This document shows, one piece after another, positions 10,347 through 17,020 of a stretch of 57,761 nt of DNA. The position numbers and the translations under genes were made by a program. The stretch's first letter is position 1. Each line of letters begins with the position of its first letter. The notes under the pieces are model-generated. The model had not been told where the DNA came from, ran no database searches, and worked only from the letters and a program-made list of their open reading frames with translations. Origin of the DNA: Pelagibacteraceae bacterium (GTDB taxonomy: Bacteria > Pseudomonadota > Alphaproteobacteria > HIMB59 > GCA-002718135); the NCBI GenBank assembly GCA_018657885.1, contig JABHWG010000039.1:1-57761 (forward strand), in the 5' to 3' direction.

Positions 10347-12041
10347 TTAAGTGGATTGTTTTACAGGTAAAATAATCAAAAAACAAGCGCCAGAATATTT
10401 ACTATTATCTGACTTATCCAAAACAAGTTGACCATTCATATATGTTATAATTTCTCTCGCTATAGATAGACCAAGACCAGAATGATTCTTAATATTTTCT
10501 TGCCTATCACTATAAAATCTCTCGAAAATTTTTTCAGAGTCTTTTGAATCAACCCCCCTTCCTTGATCATACACCTTAATTGCAACCTTGCTATTATCAA
10601 TCTTACTTAACCTAATAAGAATTTTTGATTTTTTTGATGAAAGTGAAAGACTATTTTCAATTAAATTAATAAAAACCTGAATTAATTTATTTTTATTTGC
10701 AACGATCTCTAAATTTTCCTTATGCTTCTCTAGAATTAACTCTACGTCTTTAGTATTATTTGAAAAAATTATTGGAATTTCATCAAGAAAACTGTTTAAA
10801 TTAATATATTCGTTTTTTTCTAATTCAATTTCAGCCTTAAGTCGTGTAAATTTTGATATATCAGTTATTAATTGATTCATTCTTTTTAAATCGTTCTGGA
10901 TATTTTGTATCAATAACTTTTTATTTTCTTGTGAGATATTGTTTTTATCTATTAATTCCATTGCAGATTGAAGACTGGTTAAGGGGTTTTTTAACTCATG
11001 TGATACATCTGCACTAAATTTTTCTAATTGAATAATTTGAGCTTTGAGTCCCTGAGACATATTTTGAATTTCTTTAGACAAAACACCTATTTCATCTTTT
11101 CTTTCAGGATATATAATTTGATTTCTATTCACCCTTTCTCTCTCTAAAATTGTTAATCTTGATAATTTTTTAATTGGACTTACTAAGCTTTGTGAAAAAA
11201 TTAAAGATAAAAGAACCATAATAAGCACAAACAAGATGTAAAAAATTAATATATTTAGTGAAATAAAACCTAAATTCGAAGCCTGGTTAGTAATTGGATA
11301 ATTAAGAATTATAACACCATATATCTTATCATTATTTATAATTGGTGCAGTAAAATATTGATAAATATATTCTTCTCCATCTTTAATAATATATGCTTTA
11401 ATAACTTGATTCTTAATGGTTTCCTTAACATATGATATTTCTGCTTTTTCCTTAGTGATTAAATTTTGTAACTCTCTTTTAATCAAATAGTTATAATAGT
11501 TTGAAAAAAATCTTAGATATTCTTGACTAAAGTTATCAAAAATATTTAAATTATTAATGTTTAAATCTTTTTCTTTGAGGTCTATTTCCTGAACAACTGA
11601 CAAGTCATACAAATCTAGAGTGTCAACTAATTTTATCCAATCATCATTATATATTTTAATATTAAACTCAGAGTTAAAATAATTATTTAATATAAATTCT
11701 TGTGTAATTTTTGGTTCAAGAACAGGATCAGATAATTCAAAATTAATATCATCCTTACAAGTATCTATATTTTCACCTGTACAATTATCATTAAAAAGAG
11801 GCACTCTAATTATTGAGTTTTTTTCAAGAAAATTTTGAATATTATTTAAATTTTGGTTTGCAATAATTCTTTTTCTTTCAATTGAATCATCATTCTTAAT
11901 AAGAAAATAATTAAATAAAATAAGAAAAAAAAATCCAATAAAAGTTATAAAAAAATTTATCGATAAAATTTGTATTGATAAAGGTAAATTATTTAAAGCA
12001 AATTTACTGCTTTTATTCACGCCAAGAGTAACCAGAGCCAT
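10347..12041 (-). CDS. chvG: Sensor histidine kinase, ChvG/ExoS-like
   Basis: Two TM segments flank a periplasmic domain, followed by a HAMP domain. H-box 'FSADVSHELKNPLTSL' (ChvG-type) and G-box 'HSGLGLSIA'. The start is ambiguous: TTG 12062, ATG 12041, or GTG 12020. The GTG forms a GTGAATAA overlap with the chvI stop. Confidence 0.85.
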   Translation of the reverse strand: MALVTLGVNKSSKFALNNLPLSIQILSINFFITFIGFFFLILFNYFLIKNDDSIERKRIIANQNLNNIQNFLEKNSIIRVPLFNDNCTGENIDTCKDDINFELSDPVLEPKITQEFILNNYFNSEFNIKIYNDDWIKLVDTLDLYDLSVVQEIDLKEKDLNINNLNIFDNFSQEYLRFFSNYYNYLIKRELQNLITKEKAEISYVKETIKNQVIKAYIIKDGEEYIYQYFTAPIINNDKIYGVIILNYPITNQASNLGFISLNILIFYILFVLIMVLLSLIFSQSLVSPIKKLSRLTILERERVNRNQIIYPERKDEIGVLSKEIQNMSQGLKAQIIQLEKFSADVSHELKNPLTSLQSAMELIDKNNISQENKKLLIQNIQNDLKRMNQLITDISKFTRLKAEIELEKNEYINLNSFLDEIPIIFSNNTKDVELILEKHKENLEIVANKNKLIQVFINLIENSLSLSSKKSKILIRLSKIDNSKVAIKVYDQGRGVDSKDSEKIFERFYSDRQENIKNHSGLGLSIAREIITYMNGQLVLDKSDNSKYSGACFLIILPVKQST

Positions 12042-12726
12042 ACCGGGTGCGAATTTGATCAAAATCTTGATCGTATAATTTAAATTTTTTTCTTAATCTT
12101 TTTATGTGACTATCAATTGTTCTATCGTCAACATAAACACTGTCTCCATACATGGCATCCATTAATTGATCTCTATTCTTTACAACTCCAGGATATTTTG
12201 CAAGTGATTTGATTAAATTAAACTCTGCTACTGTTAATTCAATAATCTCATTTTTCCAAAAACATAGTTGCTTTAAATCATCTAACTCTAAACTTCCTTT
12301 TTTAAAATTATTAATAATATTATCTTCTAACATGACTTCATTTTTTCTATTTTCATAAATTCTTAATACTGTTTTTATTCTTTCATTTAAAAGTTTTTGA
12401 GAGAATGGTTTAGTTATATAATCAGCTGCACCCATTCGTAATCCTATGATCTCATCTTGTTCCTGATCTTTTGATGTTAAGAAAATTATAGGCATTTCTT
12501 TCAAACGGCCTATTCTACTAGACCTTACTTTAGATAGAAGTTCATTGCCGTCCATTTTAGGCATCTTAATATCAAATAAGCCAAGATCGTAGTTTTTGGA
12601 TTCTAAAGCTTCTATAGCCTCTAAACCATTTTGGAAAACATCAACCTTAAAACCCTCTGATTCAAGTGCCATGGAAACAGATGTCCGAATCGAGTTTTCA
12701 TCATCAACTAGGGCAATAAGAGTCAT
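12013..12726 (-). CDS. chvI: OmpR-family response regulator, ChvI-like
   Basis: 'IALVDDE..I.TSVS.ALE.EG', 'FDIKMPKMDG', 'IFLTSKD.E.DE..GL.MGA.DYITKPFSQ' and a winged-helix C-terminus. It closely follows the ChvI pattern. Confidence 0.87.
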   Translation of the reverse strand: MTLIALVDDENSIRTSVSMALESEGFKVDVFQNGLEAIEALESKNYDLGLFDIKMPKMDGNELLSKVRSSRIGRLKEMPIIFLTSKDQEQDEIIGLRMGAADYITKPFSQKLLNERIKTVLRIYENRKNEVMLEDNIINNFKKGSLELDDLKQLCFWKNEIIELTVAEFNLIKSLAKYPGVVKNRDQLMDAMYGDSVYVDDRTIDSHIKRLRKKFKLYDQDFDQIRTRYGSGYSWRE

Positions 12727-12766
12727 AAATAAAAATACTTATATTTTATGGCAAATTTAAGTTATT

Positions 12767-12787
12767 TATTTATTAAGTTAATAAATA
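12767..12787. repeat. 21-bp perfect palindrome TATTTATTAA-G-TTAATAAATA, 41-61 bp upstream of the chvI start
   Basis: Read directly from the sequence. The arms are 12767-12776 and 12778-12787. All-A/T arms make a chance occurrence plausible. Confidence 0.5.
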
Positions 12788-12922
12788 GTTTTTAATAAAA
12801 TGTGATTTAGGTTGATAACTTAATGTATTAAATTCAATTACTTGTTTTAAAAAAGTTATATTTGCTTAAATATAAGGCTAGACATTTACATTATTTATAT
12901 TAATGTTCTTGTTTTGTTCTTA

Positions 12923-12950
12923 TTGCGATATTCACCAAATGTTGTATTGT
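12923..12950 (+). promoter_or_regulatory. Candidate sigma70-type promoter of nrdA (TTGCGA - 16 nt - TATTGT)
   Basis: -35-like TTGCGA at 12923-12928 and -10-like TATTGT at 12945-12950, 53 nt upstream of the nrdA ATG. Motif match only. Confidence 0.3.
12932..12947 (+). promoter_or_regulatory. Weaker NrdR-box-like site (box 1)
   Basis: TCACCAAATGTTGTAT matches about 11/16 of the published NrdR consensus acaCwAtATaTwGtgt. It starts 31 bp upstream of box 2 (three helical turns) and overlaps the putative -10. Confidence 0.35.
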
Positions 12951-12962
12951 CTTTAAACGGCG

Positions 12963-12978
12963 ACACTACATATTGTGT
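12963..12978 (+). promoter_or_regulatory. NrdR-box-like operator (box 2)
   Basis: ACACTACATATTGTGT matches 15/16 positions of the NrdR consensus acaCwAtATaTwGtgt. It ends 24 nt before the nrdA ATG (13003). Confidence 0.6.
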
Positions 12979-13002
12979 TTTTTGACAATAAATTTTTAAA
13001 AA

Positions 13003-15777
13003 ATGGATAATTTACAAATGGCAGACAACTCACAGGTATCACAAAAAGAAGAAGAGAATAAAAGCGTCAATTTACTAAGTCTCAACGTTGTGAGAAGAGA
13101 GGGTTCAATTAGCTCCTTCAAATCAGATAAAATATCAGATGCCATTAAAAAAGCTTTTCTTGCTCAAACAAAAATACGAAATAACAAAAACAAAGATAAA
13201 GAACAAGAAGACAGCATTCATAAAACAGTTGAAAGTTTGACTCACAAAGTCGTTTCTGCTTTAACCAGAAGAATAGCAGATGGAGACATGATTCATATAG
13301 AGGATATTCAGGATCAAGTTGAGCTAGCTTTAATGAGAGATGAACATCATAAGGTAGCTCGAGCGTATGTATTGTATAGAGAGCAAAGAGCAGCATCAAG
13401 ATATCATACTAAGAAACTAAAGGAGCAAGTAGGTGCAAAAGCCTCATCAATGATGGTTACTAAGCGAGACGGAGAAAAAGAGCCGGTATCCCTTGATAAA
13501 ATTACCAACAGAGTCTCAGTTCTATCAACCGGGTTAAATATTGATCCAATTGTTGTAGTACAAAAAGCAGTTCCAGGTTTATATAATGAAATCACTTCCC
13601 TAGAGATAGATACCTACCTTGCTGAAACAGCTGCATCTTTAACAGTTGAGCATCCAGATTATTCTTATTTGGCTGCGAGAATAAAAGCAAACTCTTTACA
13701 CAAAGATACACCAGGTTTCATAATTACAACAAAAAATCTTTTTAACGATGGATTGCTCAGAGAAGATTATTACAACAAAGTTATGGCAAGTGCTGAAGAT
13801 ATTGAATCTATAATTGATTATGATAGAGATTATAACTTTGATTATTTTGCATTCACTACTTTAGTAAGAGCGTATTTATTAAAATTTGAAAATAAGACCA
13901 TAGAGCGTCCTCAGGATTTATGGATGAGAGTAGCTTTAACTGTATCAGGAGAGAATTTCAATTTTGATAAAGTAAAAAAAACTTATGAAAGTCTATCTAA
14001 TGGATACTATACTCATGCGACACCAACATTATTCAATAGTGGTCTTAAAATGCAACAACTGTCTTCATGTTTCTTAATTGGAATGGAAGATGATTCTATC
14101 GAAGGTATTTTTAATACAATTAAAGATTGTGCTCTTATTTCAAAAACAGCTGGCGGTATTGGAATGCACGCTCATAACATAAGAGGTAGTGGCAGTAGAA
14201 TAAAATCTACAAATGGTAAATCAAACGGATTAATCCCTTTCCTTAAAATATTTAATGAAACTGCTAAATCAGTTGATCAAGGTGGTGGCAAAAGAAAAGG
14301 GTCATTTGCTGTATACCTTGAGCCTTGGCATGCTGATATTGAGCAATTCTTAGAATTAAGAAAAAATACTGGAGCAGAAGAGTTTAGAGCAAGAGATTTA
14401 TTCTATGCGCTTTGGATACCTGATCTATTTATGAAAAGAGTTGAAGAAGATTTAGATTGGACTTTAATGAGCGAACATGAATGTCCCGGTCTTTCAGATA
14501 CCTATGGTGAAGAGTTCGTTAAATTATACGAAAAATATGAAAAAGAAATACCTTATCTAGAAAAAATAAAAGCAAGAGATCTTATGTCAAAAATTATTGA
14601 AGCCCAAATTGAAACTGGTCAACCTTATATGCTTTATAAAGACTCAATTAATAACAAATCAAATCAGAAAAATATTGGAGTAATCAAATCCTCCAATTTA
14701 TGTGCAGAAATTGTTGAATATTCAGATAAGACAGAAACATCAGTTTGTAACCTTGCATCAATTGCGCTTCCAAAATTTATTAAAAATTCCAAAAACAAAA
14801 AAAATAAAGAATATGACTATAATGCACTTTATCAAACAGCTAAACTAGCAACTAAAAACTTAGATGAAGTTATAGATATAAATTTTTATCCAACTAATAA
14901 AACCAAAACTTCTAATAGCAAACATAGACCAATTGGTCTTGGTATTCAGGGTTTAGCTGATGTGTTTTTTGAACTTGAAATAGGGTATGATAGCGATGAG
15001 GCTAAAGAAATTAATAAACTAATATTTGAAACAATTTACTTTGGTGCATTAGAAGCATCTAACGAACTTGCAAAAGACAAAGGTGCCTACTCAACTTTTA
15101 AAGGATCTCCGCTATCAGAAGGAAAGTTTCAATTTGATATGTGGGATTCTAAGCCCTCTAATATGTGGGATTGGGATACACTTAAAGAAAAAATAAAAAA
15201 AGATGGTGTGAGAAATTCACTTACAACAGCATGTATGCCTACAGCTTCTACTGGTATTATTTTAGGTAATACTGAAACATTCCAAATTCAAACTTCTAAC
15301 ATATATAAAAGACAAACTTTATCTGGTGAGTTTTTATTGGTTAATAGACATTTAGTAAAAGCTCTATCAAAAAGAAATCTATGGAATAAAGAAATGAGAG
15401 ATAAAATAATACTAGAAAATGGGTCTGTACAAAATATTTCTAATTTCCCAGAAAATCTTAAAGAAACATATAAAACTGTTTGGGAAACTTCACAAAAATC
15501 AGTAATTGATATGGCAGCAGACAGAGCTCCATTTATTGATCAGACTCAATCAATGAACCTCTGGTTGTCTAGTCCAACATTTGGCAAAGTAAACTCAATG
15601 CATATGTATGCTTGGAAAAGAGGTCTGAAAACTGGTATGTATTATTTAAGAAGTAGATCAGCAGTTGATGCCGTAAAAGTAACTGTCTCATCTGAAAAGG
15701 TAGCAAAAGATGATTTTATTAAATCCCAGATTGTAGATAATAATGAACCAGAAGAATGCCTAACTTGTAGTGCATAA
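13003..15777 (+). CDS. nrdA: Ribonucleoside-diphosphate reductase alpha subunit (class I, eukaryote-like, two N-terminal ATP-cones)
   Basis: Cone 1 spans about aa 29-130 ('VVRREGS...DKISDAI...YVLYREQRA'). Cone 2 spans about aa 151-232 ('VTKRDGEKEPVSLDKITNRV...IDTYLAETAA'), near-colinear with the animal R1 N-terminus. Catalytic 'SNLCAEI', and a C-terminal redox-shuttle 'CLTC'. Confidence 0.96.
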   Translation: MDNLQMADNSQVSQKEEENKSVNLLSLNVVRREGSISSFKSDKISDAIKKAFLAQTKIRNNKNKDKEQEDSIHKTVESLTHKVVSALTRRIADGDMIHIEDIQDQVELALMRDEHHKVARAYVLYREQRAASRYHTKKLKEQVGAKASSMMVTKRDGEKEPVSLDKITNRVSVLSTGLNIDPIVVVQKAVPGLYNEITSLEIDTYLAETAASLTVEHPDYSYLAARIKANSLHKDTPGFIITTKNLFNDGLLREDYYNKVMASAEDIESIIDYDRDYNFDYFAFTTLVRAYLLKFENKTIERPQDLWMRVALTVSGENFNFDKVKKTYESLSNGYYTHATPTLFNSGLKMQQLSSCFLIGMEDDSIEGIFNTIKDCALISKTAGGIGMHAHNIRGSGSRIKSTNGKSNGLIPFLKIFNETAKSVDQGGGKRKGSFAVYLEPWHADIEQFLELRKNTGAEEFRARDLFYALWIPDLFMKRVEEDLDWTLMSEHECPGLSDTYGEEFVKLYEKYEKEIPYLEKIKARDLMSKIIEAQIETGQPYMLYKDSINNKSNQKNIGVIKSSNLCAEIVEYSDKTETSVCNLASIALPKFIKNSKNKKNKEYDYNALYQTAKLATKNLDEVIDINFYPTNKTKTSNSKHRPIGLGIQGLADVFFELEIGYDSDEAKEINKLIFETIYFGALEASNELAKDKGAYSTFKGSPLSEGKFQFDMWDSKPSNMWDWDTLKEKIKKDGVRNSLTTACMPTASTGIILGNTETFQIQTSNIYKRQTLSGEFLLVNRHLVKALSKRNLWNKEMRDKIILENGSVQNISNFPENLKETYKTVWETSQKSVIDMAADRAPFIDQTQSMNLWLSSPTFGKVNSMHMYAWKRGLKTGMYYLRSRSAVDAVKVTVSSEKVAKDDFIKSQIVDNNEPEECLTCSA

Positions 15778-15790
15778 AGGAGTATAAGAA

Positions 15791-16780
15791 ATGATATCAA
15801 AAGGCGTTAAATCAATTTTTCCAATTAAACATCAAAATATTTGGGATAAATATAAACTTCATATTCAAGCTTTCTGGACTCCTGAGGAAGTCTCACTTCA
15901 TGATGACTTAAGAGACCTTGAAACCTTAAATGAGGGTGAAAAACATTTTATAAAACATGTTTTGGCATACTTTGCAAATTCAGAAGCAATGATTAATGAA
16001 AACTTAGCAAGCAGATTTTATAAAGAAATCTTAATTCCTGAGGCTAGATGTTTTATTTCTATGCAGATGTTGAATGAATCTATTCACGCAGAAATGTATG
16101 GCTTACAGATTGAGGCTTATGTAAAAGATCAAAAAGAAAAAGATTTACTTTTTGACGCAATCAAAAATATTGAATGTATAAATCGTAAAGCTCAGTGGGT
16201 CTCAAAATGGCTTAATGGAAATCAAAACTTATTAACAAGACTTATTGGTTTTGGTTTAGTAGAAGGTTTATTTTTTGCCGGTTCGTTTTGTGCAATATAT
16301 TATTTTAGAAAAAGAGGATTACTCCCCGGTTTAGCCTTATCAAATGATTGGATTGCAAGAGATGAGGGAATGCACTTTAGTTTTTCAGCTCTTATGTTCA
16401 AAACACTCAGAGACAAATTTAATGATAAAACTTTAACAGATTCGGACATAAGCGATTTATCGCTAATTCCAAATGACGTTCCACAATCTCAGTTTGAAGA
16501 AATTGTAAGGGAAGCAGTTTCATTTGAACAAGAATTTGTAAAAGATGCTCTTCCAGTAGATTTAATTGGTATGAATGAAGATCTTATGTGTCAATATATT
16601 GAGGCTGTAGCTGATAGAATTGCAGATTTATTTGAATTTGATAGAGTTTTTAATACTGAAAACCCATTTGATTTTATGAGAGCATTAGATGTTCAAAATG
16701 TTACAAACTTTTTTGAAAAAAGAGTTTCTGAATATCAAAGACCAACTGACAGAGCCTTAAGCTTTGATGATACTTTTTAA
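15791..16780 (+). CDS. nrdB: Ribonucleoside-diphosphate reductase beta subunit (eukaryote-like R2)
   Basis: 'FWTPEEV', 'NESIHAEMY' (Glu/His ligands plus radical Tyr), 'VEGLFFAGSF' and 'ARDEGMH'. Acidic C-terminal tail '...SFDDTF'. Confidence 0.96.
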   Translation: MISKGVKSIFPIKHQNIWDKYKLHIQAFWTPEEVSLHDDLRDLETLNEGEKHFIKHVLAYFANSEAMINENLASRFYKEILIPEARCFISMQMLNESIHAEMYGLQIEAYVKDQKEKDLLFDAIKNIECINRKAQWVSKWLNGNQNLLTRLIGFGLVEGLFFAGSFCAIYYFRKRGLLPGLALSNDWIARDEGMHFSFSALMFKTLRDKFNDKTLTDSDISDLSLIPNDVPQSQFEEIVREAVSFEQEFVKDALPVDLIGMNEDLMCQYIEAVADRIADLFEFDRVFNTENPFDFMRALDVQNVTNFFEKRVSEYQRPTDRALSFDDTF

Positions 16781-17020
16781 ATGGAAGTAGAAATTTATTC
16801 AAAAACTAACTGTATTTTTTGTGATAAAGCAAAGATGCGACTAGCAAAAGAAAATCCCAAAATACATATGTTAGATAAAGATTATACTAGAGATGATTTC
16901 TTTACAAAATTTCCAAACGCAAGAACTTTTCCTCAAATTATAATTAATGGAAAAAGCATTGGTGGATATCATGAATTAGAGAAATGGCTGCAAACAAATT
17001 CTTTCGATGAAGAATTCTAA
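16781..17020 (+). CDS. Glutaredoxin-like protein (T4 NrdC-type, CIFC active site)
   Basis: 79 aa. 'CIFCDKAKMRL' and 'TFPQIIINGKSIGGYHEL' follow the glutaredoxin fold pattern. The start abuts the nrdB stop (TAAATG). Confidence 0.8.
   Translation: MEVEIYSKTNCIFCDKAKMRLAKENPKIHMLDKDYTRDDFFTKFPNARTFPQIIINGKSIGGYHELEKWLQTNSFDEEF

Noticed and set aside
12727-13002. A small ORF (ATG at 12748, 15 codons, MANLSYLFIKLINSF) or an sRNA in the 276-bp chvI-nrdA spacer.
   Set aside because: There is no ribosome-binding site, no structured GC-rich hairpin and no terminator. The peptide is what random AT-rich sequence yields. The spacer is adequately explained by two divergent promoters plus the NrdR-like boxes.
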